A stretch of 64,000 bases of DNA from an uncultured delta proteobacterium (GCA_963790475.1 CAWBOS010000012.1:1120001-1184000), one strand, 5' to 3'. Shown: positions 1-9,712, counted from the stretch's first letter. Numbers and translations are program-made. Notes: generated by a model from the letters alone, not told the origin.

Positions 1-1
1 A

Positions 2-373
2 CCGCGGGAGGGCTGGAATCGTACGGCCGAGGCCACTGCTGTGGGTTATGAAACTCGGGGTCTCGCTGCCCTTCCCAACCGACCTGAGGTAGGAAGGGTG
101 ACGCACCGCGGGGCTGCCGGTCTGGCCAAGGCGGCCAGGGGGATACTCGTTCAGCATGATGCCAGTGTCATCGAGTCACTGTCCAATATAGTTGTTCCGA
201 CACTGGTGGTCGCTGGTGCGCTGGATACGCCGTTTCTGGCGGCAACGGACTACATGGCCGCCAAAGTGCCCGGTGCGGTAAAGGCGGTTATTCCGGATGC
301 CGGCCATGCCTCCAACATCGATGAGCCCGAAGCCTTCAACCGAATCGTACTTGATTTCCTGGACCGGGTGTAA
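2..373 (+). CDS. Alpha/beta-fold hydrolase, C-terminal part (5' end outside window)
   Basis: The frame is open from base 2. VPTLVVAGALD...IPDAGHASNIDEPEAFN matches the catalytic Asp/His region of alpha/beta hydrolases. Confidence 0.85.
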   Translation, partial: PREGWNRTAEATAVGYETRGLAALPNRPEVGRVTHRGAAGLAKAARGILVQHDASVIESLSNIVVPTLVVAGALDTPFLAATDYMAAKVPGAVKAVIPDAGHASNIDEPEAFNRIVLDFLDRV

Positions 374-400
374 AGAAGGCTCTTTAATGATAAGGAAATT

Positions 401-1648
401 ATGTTAACAGGAACAAGGGTGCTGGATTTGACGCGGGTCTGGTCAGGACCGTTGGCCGGGAGAATCCTGGCCGATCTGGGGGCCGAGGTCATTCATATCG
501 TCGGCCGGGCAACGGTTTCGGCAGCCGAGATTACTCTGGAGACAGCACAGATGATGGGGATTTTTCCGGATAACGATCCCGGTAAAAGGCCCTGGAACAG
601 GATGTCTCAGGTGAATGATTTCAATCGCAATAAATTGGGTGTGACCCTGGAGTTAAACATCCCTGAGGGGATCGCCATCTTTAAGCGTCTGGTCAAAATC
701 AGCGACGTAGTTCTGGAAAATTTCAGTCCCAGGGTCATGCCCAATTTCGGGCTGGACTACCCGGCGTTAAAGGAAATTAATCCGGGCATCATCTTATGTT
801 CCATGCCGGGCTATGGTTTGACCGGCCCTTACCGGGATTATGTCTCCTATGGCACCAATCTGGATCCTTTTTCGGGTCTGGCCTCTCTGATGGGTTATCC
901 CGAAGAGGGTGCCCATATGTCCGGTAACGCCTATCCCGACCCGGCGGCGGCCTTGCATGCCACTGGGGCCATATTAACCGCCCTATTTCATAAAATCCGT
1001 TCCGGCCAGGGTCAACATATCGATCTTTCGCAGGCCGAATCGGCCACCTGCCTCATCGGGGAAACTGTCCTGGGTTATGCCCTGAACGGAAAAATACCTC
1101 CTCGCCTGGGGAATCGCCATCCTGTCCACGCCCCACAGGGCTGTTACCGCTGTAAGGGGGATGACCAATGGGTGGCTATCGCCGTCGCCTCGGAAAGAGA
1201 ATGGGAGGCCCTGTGCCGGGTTCTGGAACATCCGGAATGGATAAAGGATGAAAGATTTGCCGATTCGAACAATCGGCGAAAAAACCAGAATGACCTGGAT
1301 GAAATAATCGAGACCTGGACCGGCCAACATACTCACCTGGAGGCCATGCGCCGTCTTCAGGAAGCCGGAGTTCCGGCCGGGGCCGTTCTGGATGCCGCCG
1401 AACTCCTGGCTAATGAACACTTGAGAGCAAGAGATTTTTTCTTGGAGATCAACCATCCCGAGGTCGGCCCCAGAAAATATTGCGGCCTGCCTATCAAGTT
1501 TTCCAATGGCACGACGCCTCCCCGAAAACCTGCTCCCTGTCTTGGTGAACACAATGAGTATATTCTGGGTAAACTCCTGGGCCTTTCTCAGGATGAGATT
1601 ACCCGGCTTGAAGAGAAGAATATTATCGGGACCCGGCCGATAGATTAG
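401..1648 (+). CDS. Family III CoA-transferase (CaiB/BaiF)
   Basis: RVLDLTRVWSGP, LADLGAEVI, NRNKLGVTLEL, DVVLENFSP and APCLGEHN motifs. Confidence 0.95.
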   Translation: MLTGTRVLDLTRVWSGPLAGRILADLGAEVIHIVGRATVSAAEITLETAQMMGIFPDNDPGKRPWNRMSQVNDFNRNKLGVTLELNIPEGIAIFKRLVKISDVVLENFSPRVMPNFGLDYPALKEINPGIILCSMPGYGLTGPYRDYVSYGTNLDPFSGLASLMGYPEEGAHMSGNAYPDPAAALHATGAILTALFHKIRSGQGQHIDLSQAESATCLIGETVLGYALNGKIPPRLGNRHPVHAPQGCYRCKGDDQWVAIAVASEREWEALCRVLEHPEWIKDERFADSNNRRKNQNDLDEIIETWTGQHTHLEAMRRLQEAGVPAGAVLDAAELLANEHLRARDFFLEINHPEVGPRKYCGLPIKFSNGTTPPRKPAPCLGEHNEYILGKLLGLSQDEITRLEEKNIIGTRPID

Positions 1649-1699
1649 AAATTCTCTTTAGAAGACCCCTCGGTCCCAGGCAGCAAATCCTGGTCCAAA

Positions 1700-3216
1700 T
1701 TATTTCTCGGTAGCCACCTCGGATTCTTTGTGGGAGAAGTCGTAGTAATGCCAATATTGAACAAGCACTGAAACAGCCCTGGAAATGAGGCGGGGATTGA
1801 TCCTCCAGGCTTCTTTCAGGACATTCCAAAACATAACTCTCACCGGACGCAGGAACACGCCAGGTAAAATGATAGAAAATCTTTATCATCAGGCCAATCC
1901 GGAAGAGATTTTTTTTCTTCGTAGAATATATGTCGGTGAAGTATTTTACGTTCCTGAGCCAACCGATCATGCGGCGTCCAAAATGTTCAGGCTCATATAA
2001 TTTTTTAAACAGGTGCTTCTGGCCAAAAAATAGTTCTTGGGGAGTCAGTTGTTTGGGGATGATATTGGTCGTTAGATGCCAGAACCCCCCAAAATCTTCA
2101 ACGAGGCGCCCCTCCCTTTTCATCCTTTCGTACAGCGGGGTATGGTCGGGAGCATTAAGGATACTGATCGAGGCAAAGGGGCTTGCGGTTTTATCAAGAA
2201 ATTCTTCAATTTCATTGAAAACAGCAGGCGTATCATGGTCAAATCCGACGATCATCCCCAGAAAGGGGACGATCCCATAACTCGAAATTCTCGGAATCAC
2301 CTGGAAAGGATCGTATCGGACCATCTGTCCTTTGTTAACTTCTTCCAGGCAGTCCTTGTTGATCGTTTCCAGACCGAGAAAGATAACCGTGAAGCGCGCG
2401 TCGGCCAGGAGCTTGACGAATTTCTTCATCGGCGCCGATCATAATGGTGGCCTGGGTACTGAAAGACAACGGCATATCCAGGGTTCTGTTCCATTTAATA
2501 ATTTCCTGCAGAAGTTCAATCGTGAATTTTCGATTGACGACAAAATTGTCATCGGAGAAAAAGATGGTTTCCGCTCCCAAGGCATGGGCGTTTTTAACTT
2601 CAAGCATAATCTGGTCGATGGACTTATTTCTGTATTTTCTGCCCGTGACGCGAATAACGTCACAGAAGTCACAATTGTTGGGACATCCGCGGCTGGTCTG
2701 CAATGAGAAGTAGTGGTAATTCTCAGGTTTTATGTAGAAGAGATCCGGCGCCGGTGAGTCTTTGATATCGACAAACGTTTCCTGTTTATAGATGGCTTTT
2801 GCGCGGCCCTGAACCCAATCTCTCAAAAACTGCGGCCAGGTATACTCCGCCTCACCGATGAATAGATGATCACCTATATTTTTTGCCTTTTCCGGATTAA
2901 TAGTCGCGTAAATACCCCCGACGGCGACAGGTTTGCCCCGTTCTCGAAAACGAGTGCTGATCAAACCCATCTGTTCAAATTGGAGGGTATAACCGGTGAT
3001 CCCTACCAGATCGCACTCGATATCCCAATTAATGGGCGCGACATTCTCATCGCAAAAAATATATTCCACCTCCAAATCTTTGGGTGTCAAGGCAATCAAG
3101 GTTAAGAGGGCGGTATTCTGCATAAGGGTCTTGTGCTTACCTACAATGTCCAGAGCTCCCCGCATGGCCCAGAAATTTTCAGGTGTCTTGGGATTAATGA
3201 GATAAATTTTCATCAA
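1700..3216 (-). CDS. Cobalamin-binding radical SAM protein, split by two 1-nt indels (~2425 and ~1845)
   Basis: N-terminal B12-binding region (VAVGGIYAT, IGEAE), SRGCPNNCDFC and FFSDDNF, continuing as FLGLET...GFDHD in a second frame. A third frame gives ...RAVSVLVQYWHYYDFSHKESEVATEK* ending at 1700. Confidence 0.85.
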
Positions 3217-3689
3217 AATTTTTCGTTGCCCCTTTCTTATTAAAATTATCCCGATTATCGATTATCGTATAACCTTTATAGGGACTATATTGGCCATAGG
3301 CGGAAACGTTGAGCATAATGATTCTCGGATTCAACCCATGGAGAGTTTCATAAGAAAATCCCATCTTTTCTATAACGCCAGGACGGGAATTCTTAATACT
3401 CGGGTGCCTTCCAGGGCTTTCTTAAGACCGGCCATATTTCCCTTCCTCCGAATACTAGATTCTAACACTATATGATCTGAGAAGTTACCTCTACTATTTT
3501 TTTTAATCCAATTCCACCGCAGGGCCGCAGAGGTCGCAACCCCTTCAGCCTTCAGTCTATCACCTGTGTGTTTTTACTTCCAGCCGAGAATACCTCCCGA
3601 TTATAATGGAGGACCCCGACCTTTGGGGGACTATAATAATTTATTGACAATTATTGACAATCGAAATAGCAGTATAATATTATCTCTAT

Positions 3690-4066
3690 ACGAATTAGGC
3701 TCGGCCCAACGAATCACCAACTCTCTTATTACCATAGGATACCTGGCCAAAGATAAGAAAACAAAAAAATTCCGTTTGACCCCCAAGTGGCTCTCCATAG
3801 GATTTGGAATTCTGGCCGGTTTGGAAATCCGAAAAATCGCCCTCCCGCATCTAAAACACTGGCGCACTACAGGCCAGGCCTATGTGAAAGACTATTTTGA
3901 TCTCATGGGTGTTTCCCTGGATGAAGCCCGGTTTATGGAAACCCCCGGTTGGTGTGACTGGTACGACACCGATTTGTCCCAGGAAATCCTGAACTACCAG
4001 AATACCTCTTATCAGGAACACCTAAATCGTCTCCGAGCCGAAGTCGAACGGAGGGTGGAGGAGTGA
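3690..4066 (+). pseudogene. Chimeric remnant: IclR-type HTH fragment fused to the C-terminal tail of an unrelated protein (probably an NAD-dependent epimerase/SDR)
   Basis: GSAQRITNSLITIGYLAKDKKTKKFRLTPK...IRKIALPHLK resembles an IclR HTH/linker without its N-terminus. After ~3853 the sequence switches to ...CDWYDTDLSQEILNYQ, which is not an IclR effector domain. Confidence 0.55.
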
Positions 4067-4177
4067 CAGATTTCCCGACTTTATTAGAAAAGCGTTAGAA
4101 GGTATCCCCGATCTGCTGTCCATATAGGTGAAGCGGAATCTTGACCCCTTTTCCCCTCTTATGTGTAGACACTTCTG

Positions 4178-4206
4178 TTGACAAAGCGTATCCATTAGAC
4201 TACAAT
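4178..4206 (+). promoter_or_regulatory. Sigma70 promoter of the toxin-antitoxin operon, probably giving a leaderless transcript
   Basis: TTGACA-17 nt-TACAAT, with the ATG at 4213 six nt after the -10 box and no SD sequence. Confidence 0.7.
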
Positions 4207-4212
4207 TGACCT

Positions 4213-4503
4213 ATGATTGAGATTCGCAAGACTGAACACTTCGCCAAGTGGATCGACAGCTTGCAGGACATCCGAGCTCGGGCCCGGATTCTCGCAAGAA
4301 TTGAGCGACTGGCTACAGGCAATCCGGGGGATGTTAAGTCTGTGGGTGAAGGGGTTTCGGAATTGCGTATCGACTCTGGTCCAGGCTATCGGGTCTATTA
4401 CACGCATTATGGGCGATAGGTAGTAGTCTTGCTGGCTGGTGGCGATAAAAGCACCCAAGCTAAAGATATAAAGACTGCAATTCGCCTGGCAAAAAATCTA
4501 TAG
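4213..4503 (+). pseudogene. RelE/HigB-family addiction-module toxin with an internal amber stop at 4417-4419
   Basis: GNPGDVKSVGEGVSELRIDSGPGYRVYY...GR*VVVLLAGGDKSTQAKDIKTAIRLAKNL*: the conserved LLAGGDKSTQ tail lies in frame after the TAG. Confidence 0.85.
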
Positions 4504-4512
4504 GAGTATATC

Positions 4513-4833
4513 ATGGCAAAAACCGTTACGACCAAATACGATGTTTCCGAGCATCTTCGCACTCCTCAAGAAATGGCCGCTTATCTAGAGGCGTGTATTG
4601 AAGAGGCAAATGGTGATGCGGCCTTTATTGCTAAAGCACTGGGGGATATTGCCAGAGCAAAAGGTATGTCTCAAGTAGCGCGAGACGCAGGTTTATCCAG
4701 GGAAAGCCTATATAAAGCTCTCTCCGGTGAAAGAACTCCGGGCTTTGATACCATTCTCAAGGTGATAAGTGCATTGGGGCTGAAGTTACATGCTGGAGCA
4801 AAACCCACTGCAAGATCAACAGCCCAACGATAA
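4513..4833 (+). CDS. Addiction-module antidote protein (HigA/HI1420-like HTH)
   Basis: AAYLEAC...ALGDIARAKGMSQVARDAGLSRESLYKALSGERTPGFDTILKV; lies directly downstream of the toxin with an AGGAG SD. Confidence 0.93.
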   Translation: MAKTVTTKYDVSEHLRTPQEMAAYLEACIEEANGDAAFIAKALGDIARAKGMSQVARDAGLSRESLYKALSGERTPGFDTILKVISALGLKLHAGAKPTARSTAQR

Positions 4834-4877
4834 CTTTCAGCAGATCGATAACCACTCCTTCTGAAGACCGTTTTGGC
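4822..4877 (+). repeat. Degenerate attC-like site A
   Basis: GCCCAAC (RYYYAAC) overlaps the gene end, followed by an inner TTCAG...CTGAA inverted pair and GTTTTGG. Confidence 0.45.
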
Positions 4878-4890
4878 GCAGAAGCAGCGC

Positions 4891-4980
4891 ACCAATCAAG
4901 CCATTGGACAGCGATGTCACTCGCTTGCATGGGCCATCGGCCACACAAGCTGCGCGCAACCGGTCAACGCCTCATCAGAT
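4891..4980 (+). repeat. Degenerate attC-like site B, homologous to the copy at 6841-6926
   Basis: ccaatcaagccattggacagcgatgtcactcgcttgcatg...caagctgc aligns by eye with ccaaccgaaccattggacaccgatatcgctcgcttgcatg...caagctgc. Confidence 0.55.
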
Positions 4981-5006
4981 GTCAAAGATTGGAAGAGGTA
5001 AACATA

Positions 5007-5459
5007 ATGGATGCCCGAGAGATCATGGCTGTGGCCTTCGAGGAAGCGAAAGCAGCATTCAAGAGAGGCGAATGTCCCGTCGGGGCTGTTATGGTCAAAA
5101 ATGGAGACATCATGTCGCGCGCAGGAAATAGGGAAATTGAGTTGAAGGATCCTACAGCTCATGCAGAAATTCTAGTTTTGAGAGAGGCGGGTCAATTTCT
5201 CAATCAACATACTTTCCCAGATTGTATCGTCTACACGACTTTATGGCCTTGCCCCATGTGTGCAAATGCACTCCTGCGAGCCAAAGTTCCGAAAGTCGTT
5301 TGTGGTGCAAAGTCGTTCAAATACATATACGAAGAAACGTTCAAGCCATCTCGACTCATCGTGGAGGGTCCCATCATGACCAACGAGTGTAGGGGTATCT
5401 TCATTAAATGGGCCAAGGAAACTGGGCGTGACTTTATTCTGGGCGATGACGAGCTCTAA
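5007..5459 (+). CDS. Zinc-dependent nucleoside/cytidine deaminase (TadA-like)
   Basis: PVGAV, TAHAE and PCPMC motifs; ATG 5007 preceded by GAGG. Confidence 0.9.
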   Translation: MDAREIMAVAFEEAKAAFKRGECPVGAVMVKNGDIMSRAGNREIELKDPTAHAEILVLREAGQFLNQHTFPDCIVYTTLWPCPMCANALLRAKVPKVVCGAKSFKYIYEETFKPSRLIVEGPIMTNECRGIFIKWAKETGRDFILGDDEL

Positions 5460-5576
5460 TAATGGCATAAACAAGGACGGGCTGGATACCGCAGTTTTTG
5501 GTAGTTTATCGAAATAATCGGCGTGGTGGGTTAATGACCCTTTTGCTTTCAATCCCGCCCGCCCCCTTATAGATAG
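5455..5576 (+). repeat. Degenerate attC-like site C
   Basis: TCTAAT at the stop codon, then GCATAAAC-GGACGGG...CCCGCC-CTTAT inverted arms. Confidence 0.4.
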
Positions 5577-5583
5577 GGTGGAT

Positions 5584-6192
5584 ATGGCCGATTTGATCGA
5601 AGTGCTTATCTTCGACTTAGGGGGGGTTCTGGTAGATTTCTCCGCTTTTGATGACCTTCTGCCACTTCTTCGACAGAAGATTGACCCGGAGGAAATCCGG
5701 CGACGCTGGATAGCCTGCCCCATAATTCGCGAGTTCGAGTTAGGTCGTGTTAGTCCGCGCGAATTCGCGGCCCATTTCGTCAAGGATTGGGACGTAGCCT
5801 CGTCGCCTGAAGAGTTTCTCGTAACCTTCCGGTCGTGGTCGCGAAACTTTTTTCCCGGTGCTCGTTCTCTGCTAAAGTTGCTCAAGGGCAAATATCGGGT
5901 GGCGGCTCTTAGCAATTCGAATGCGACTCATTGGGACCGCAATGTGTCAGAGCTCGGAATCTTGGAGCTCTTCGACGCGGCCTTCTCGTCACACGAACTA
6001 GGCTATCATAAACCTGATCCGAGGAGTTATCTAGAGGCATTGGTGCGGCTCGGTGTACGGGCCGACAGGAGCGCCTTCTTTGACGATTCACCCTCCAATG
6101 TGGAAGGCGCGCTCAATGTTGGAATGAGAGCATTCCACGTAAGAGGCGTGTTGGAGCTACAGCGATGTCTTGTCGAGCAAGGCCTCTGCTAG
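5584..6192 (+). CDS. HAD-family phosphatase
   Basis: IFDLGGVL, LSNSN, KPDP and FFDDS motifs (HAD I-IV). Confidence 0.92.
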   Translation: MADLIEVLIFDLGGVLVDFSAFDDLLPLLRQKIDPEEIRRRWIACPIIREFELGRVSPREFAAHFVKDWDVASSPEEFLVTFRSWSRNFFPGARSLLKLLKGKYRVAALSNSNATHWDRNVSELGILELFDAAFSSHELGYHKPDPRSYLEALVRLGVRADRSAFFDDSPSNVEGALNVGMRAFHVRGVLELQRCLVEQGLC

Positions 6193-6221
6193 CGGCTTGT
6201 TAAGTGTAAAGGGGTTTTTAA

Positions 6222-6704
6222 ATGGATATTATAAAAGCAAAAAAGAAAGATATACTCGATATTGTTTTTTTAAATTCGTTTGTTCAGAAAATTCATGTTG
6301 AGAAACATCCGGATATATTCAAGCCCGTGGGAAATGATGATGACCTTAATAAGTTCTTTAATTTTATTTTAAGTAAAGAGACTAATTGCATTCTAATCGC
6401 TTATTTAGAAGGAAAACCTGTCGGGTACATATGGGCAGCCTTCGAGAATAAGCCGGATACTCCGCTCAAATATGAAAGAAGGCAGGTTTATATTCACCAA
6501 GTCGCCGTTCATGAAAGATTCAGACGCCAAAATATCGGAAGCGCGCTTTTTAGCGAGATACAAAGCATTGCAAGGCAAGAGGGTTTTCGCAATTTTGCCG
6601 TCGATACATGGGCCTTCAATAGAAATGCTCAAAGATTTTTTGAAAATTTGGGGTTTGATACCTACAACATTAAAATGTGGCGGAATGAAAAATCGAACAC
6701 CTAG
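6222..6704 (+). CDS. GNAT-family acetyltransferase
   Basis: VAVHERFRRQNIGSAL acetyl-CoA motif and NRNAQRFFENLGF; AT-rich relative to its neighbours. Confidence 0.9.
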   Translation: MDIIKAKKKDILDIVFLNSFVQKIHVEKHPDIFKPVGNDDDLNKFFNFILSKETNCILIAYLEGKPVGYIWAAFENKPDTPLKYERRQVYIHQVAVHERFRRQNIGSALFSEIQSIARQEGFRNFAVDTWAFNRNAQRFFENLGFDTYNIKMWRNEKSNT

Positions 6705-6769
6705 CAATCCTCTACACCCGATCGGTGTTACGCTGGGCTTTACACCGGACAGGTGAGAAACAGGTCGGC
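6699..6769 (+). repeat. Degenerate attC-like site D
   Basis: ACCTAGC at the stop codon; hairpin CACC-CGATCGGTGT...ACACCGGAC-AGGTG; ends GGTCGGC. Confidence 0.5.
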
Positions 6770-6840
6770 CCCGCCTGCGGGGTCACCAATGCGGCGTTAC
6801 CCCTATCGGGTCCATGTCCCAGTCGGCGCCGCGTATCGAC

Positions 6841-6926
6841 GCCAACCGAACCATTGGACACCGATATCGCTCGCTTGCATGTGTACGTCAGCCCCGCAAG
6901 CTGCATACCACGAGTCTACGTTATAT
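6841..6926 (+). repeat. Degenerate attC-like site E (homolog of site B), ending GTTATAT
   Basis: Direct similarity to 4891-4980; precedes the HIT gene. Confidence 0.55.
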
Positions 6927-6951
6927 CATACAATGAAGATAGGACCAAGTT

Positions 6952-7425
6952 ATGGAAAGAAACGGTGTTTACGAGGATAAGTATTTTAAGGTTATCAGTC
7001 CTGAATTTCCTCTAAACTGCCGGGATGATGGGGGGCATCTTATTCTGATCAAGAAAGAAAAGGTTTCCGACAGATCGGACATGACCTATCAGGAAGCCAT
7101 AGACTTCATGAGAATCAGCATGGCTGTGGGAAAATCAATGTACGAAGTGCTGGGTATTGAGAGAATGAATTATGAGGATTTAGGCAATTGGGGAATCGAT
7201 GATCCGGGTGGCGCCAAAATGCACCTTCATTTTATGGGAAGGGCAAGGGAGCAAACCCATCAGATTAGAGGCCAACACATTTTCTTGTTTCCCAAAGACC
7301 ATAAAATATATCAAGGGCATTTAAAGCCACTCTCTAATGAACAGGTTGATAGTCTGAGAAAACGAATCTCTGAAATTCTAGCAGAGCCAAAATATAAAAA
7401 AATGGCCGAACTGGCGAAACTGTAA
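6952..7425 (+). CDS. HIT-like domain protein
   Basis: DGGHLILI...RMNYEDLGNW...MHLHFMGR resembles a degenerate histidine-triad motif. Confidence 0.65.
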   Translation: MERNGVYEDKYFKVISPEFPLNCRDDGGHLILIKKEKVSDRSDMTYQEAIDFMRISMAVGKSMYEVLGIERMNYEDLGNWGIDDPGGAKMHLHFMGRAREQTHQIRGQHIFLFPKDHKIYQGHLKPLSNEQVDSLRKRISEILAEPKYKKMAELAKL

Positions 7426-7510
7426 GGATCTCAAGATGGGGCGAAAGAATTTCAGCAAATGGAAAATAAGGCCTGCATAGAAATTGCGTTACTATATGAA
7501 CCTCTTGTTG

Positions 7511-7936
7511 TTAAAAAGGCAGAATAAGTCCTTCTTCCTCCGCGGCTTTATTTAACTGACGATCAAAACAAACAAATCTAACGGGCAGAGGACCTTCCTT
7601 CTGGATCACCAGGGCCGAAGCCAGATGGATGGCATCAAAACCCCTCAAGGGATGTTTAAAGAGGAGTTTCTCAATCATTTGGTTCAAATCCGGACTTATG
7701 GAAACTAAAATAAGTTTTGAATATTCATTCTTAAATTCCGAAATAGTTTTAAGATAGCCGGCTCTTGAAAATATTCCCTCACGATATTTTCGGCTAAAGG
7801 CAGCTATTATTTCAGCGAAAGCAACCGTTGAAGTAATTATCTCTGTCCCCCCTTCCCAAAGATGGTCTACCTCCTTACTTCCATTTTCTTCCACATAGCG
7901 TTTAATCAAGGCAGAGGTGTCAAAATAAAGAATCAT
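7511..7936 (-). CDS. vapC: VapC-family PIN-domain toxin
   Basis: YFDTSALIKRY...LRGFDAIHLASA...FDRQL. Confidence 0.92.
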   Translation of the reverse strand: MILYFDTSALIKRYVEENGSKEVDHLWEGGTEIITSTVAFAEIIAAFSRKYREGIFSRAGYLKTISEFKNEYSKLILVSISPDLNQMIEKLLFKHPLRGFDAIHLASALVIQKEGPLPVRFVCFDRQLNKAAEEEGLILPF

Positions 7937-8223
7937 CTTCGATCCTCTATAACCGCATCCGAGAAAGGCGTCCCCTGAACCTTGACACGTTTGGGAAGGC
8001 CAACAAATTTTTGCCTGGGTGGAAGTTGAATAAGGCCTTTTTGAGCCAATTGACGAAGGGTGGATTGAATTTTTCTTTCTTGTTTGCTTTCACTGGGGCG
8101 GATTGGAAGGATTTGGGCAATCTCCGCACCCCGCTCAGTAATCAAAATTTGTTCCCCTTGTTTGACCTCTTGAAGATATTGACTGAAATGAAGTCTCAAT
8201 TCACGGACACCGGCTTTTTTCAT
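7933..8223 (-). CDS. Phd/YefM-family antitoxin
   Basis: AGVRELRLHFSQYLQEVKQGEQILITERG; ATGA overlap with vapC. Confidence 0.9.
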   Translation of the reverse strand: MKKAGVRELRLHFSQYLQEVKQGEQILITERGAEIAQILPIRPSESKQERKIQSTLRQLAQKGLIQLPPRQKFVGLPKRVKVQGTPFSDAVIEDRR

Positions 8224-8243
8224 TGTTATTTCCTTTTTGAATT

Positions 8244-8282
8244 ATGTTGCTACATTATATTTTTATGTGACTACATTGTCAA
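8244..8282 (-). promoter_or_regulatory. Consensus sigma70 promoter with two tandem operator palindromes for phd-vapC
   Basis: Minus strand TTGACA-ATGTAGTCACATAAAAA(17)-TATAAT, containing ATGTAGTCACAT and followed by ATGTAGCAACAT. Confidence 0.8.
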
Positions 8283-8449
8283 GAAAAAGATTATGGCGGG
8301 ACCGAACTGCTTCCCGGGTGGGCTTGGGATGTTCACCCTCAAAGTTGGAGCAATCTTAGAATTTCATTTCTCTTGACCTGCGATATCTATTCATATATTT
8401 TATTTCCTGATTGATTTTCCAATAAATCTATCCGACTATTGCAGGCATT

Positions 8450-9583
8450 GTGACTCAAAAAGACCTTTTTTCAGATCTGCTGGAAGAAGTGGAGGAAATA
8501 GCCTCCCGAGGCTGGCCGGAAATTGCCGCTCATCTTCCTCCGGGACGGATTTCCATCGGCTATTTCTGTCCCTTCGTCCCCGAAGAACTCCTTCAGGCCG
8601 CCGGAGCTATTCCCATCCGGCTGATGGATATCCCGGTTAAGATATCCCATGCCCAAGCCCATCTGCCGGCTTATTGCTGCCACCTGGTCAAATCCTCTTT
8701 GGAAAATTACCTCCGAGGAAAATTGGACTTTTTACAGGGAATCGTATTCTGTCAAAGCTGCGACACCATGAAAGGTCTGGCCGATATCTGGGCCATTCAA
8801 GGACGCCTTTCTTTTCAGTTCAACCTGATTGTCCCCACCCGTTTGAATTCTCCTTTGGCCAGGGATTATTTTAGGATTGAGCTGGAAGGCCTTAAAGCGG
8901 CTTTGGAAAAAAAGCTGGGGAATATCCCTGCGGAAAGCCTTCGGGAAGCGATCAGGCTTTTTAATCATATGCGAGACCGAATTCGGACCTTGTATGACCG
9001 AAATCGGCTTGATCCCGGCCGTCTTTCCGGAAGAGGGTTGGCTAACATTATTCGGGCCGGATATCTGATGGATCGGGATCAATATCTCAAGTTGCTGACC
9101 CGGTTGTTGGATTCCTGGCCGGAGCAGCCCGAAGGTAAGACTCCCGGAATACCCCTTTATCTCTCAGGAAACATAGTCCATTCAGGCGATTGGTTTTCTT
9201 TGATCGAAGAGGCGGGGGGCAGAATTGTCTACGACGACCTGTGCAGCGGAGCACGCACCCTGCGTTTAACGGTTAAGGAAGGGGGCGATCCCTTAGACGC
9301 CTTGGTGGACCGCTATTTTACCACTTTTCTCTGCCCGACGAAGCACCAGGGAATCGAGACCCATCAAGAGCTCCTTTTAAAAGAGGTTCGGGAGTCAGGG
9401 GCCAAGGGGGTCATTTTTATTTTCTACAAATATTGCGAATCCTATTATTTCGACTATCCCGATTTGAAAAAAATTCTGGAGGCCGAAGGTTATCCCACGT
9501 TGTTACTGGAAATCGAAGATCCTTCCCAATCCAGGGAACAAATGAAAGTCAGGTTGCAGGCTTTTGTAGAAATGCTTTCTTGA
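8450..9583 (+). CDS. 2-hydroxyacyl-CoA dehydratase / benzoyl-CoA reductase family subunit
   Basis: IGYFCPFVPEELLQAAG, CHLVKS, SCDTM, DDLCSG, YKYCE and RLQAFVEML. Confidence 0.9.
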   Translation: MTQKDLFSDLLEEVEEIASRGWPEIAAHLPPGRISIGYFCPFVPEELLQAAGAIPIRLMDIPVKISHAQAHLPAYCCHLVKSSLENYLRGKLDFLQGIVFCQSCDTMKGLADIWAIQGRLSFQFNLIVPTRLNSPLARDYFRIELEGLKAALEKKLGNIPAESLREAIRLFNHMRDRIRTLYDRNRLDPGRLSGRGLANIIRAGYLMDRDQYLKLLTRLLDSWPEQPEGKTPGIPLYLSGNIVHSGDWFSLIEEAGGRIVYDDLCSGARTLRLTVKEGGDPLDALVDRYFTTFLCPTKHQGIETHQELLLKEVRESGAKGVIFIFYKYCESYYFDYPDLKKILEAEGYPTLLLEIEDPSQSREQMKVRLQAFVEMLS

Positions 9584-9591
9584 AGTTTAGC

Positions 9592-9712
9592 GGTTGATGA
9601 AAAACGCCCATCTGCTGCGTTTCCCTCATCCTTCGTCATTGCGGCGTACAGAAAAGTACGCCTCATTCCTCAGGATTTCGGGGGCCTTGCATCTGGACAT
9701 TTTTGATCAACC
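9592..9712. mobile_element. MITE-like ~120-bp element with terminal inverted repeats and an internal palindrome
   Basis: GGTTGATGAAAAACGCCCA...TGGACATTTTTGATCAACC termini and an internal GGCGTAC-agaaaa-GTACGCC hairpin; no ORF. Confidence 0.65.

Noticed and set aside
4417-4419. In-frame TAG as pyrrolysine, with the BioB-like radical SAM genes as pylB
   Set aside because: No pylS/C/D/T or methylamine methyltransferase in the window. The position is a non-catalytic loop of a toxin, so nonsense mutation or error is simpler.
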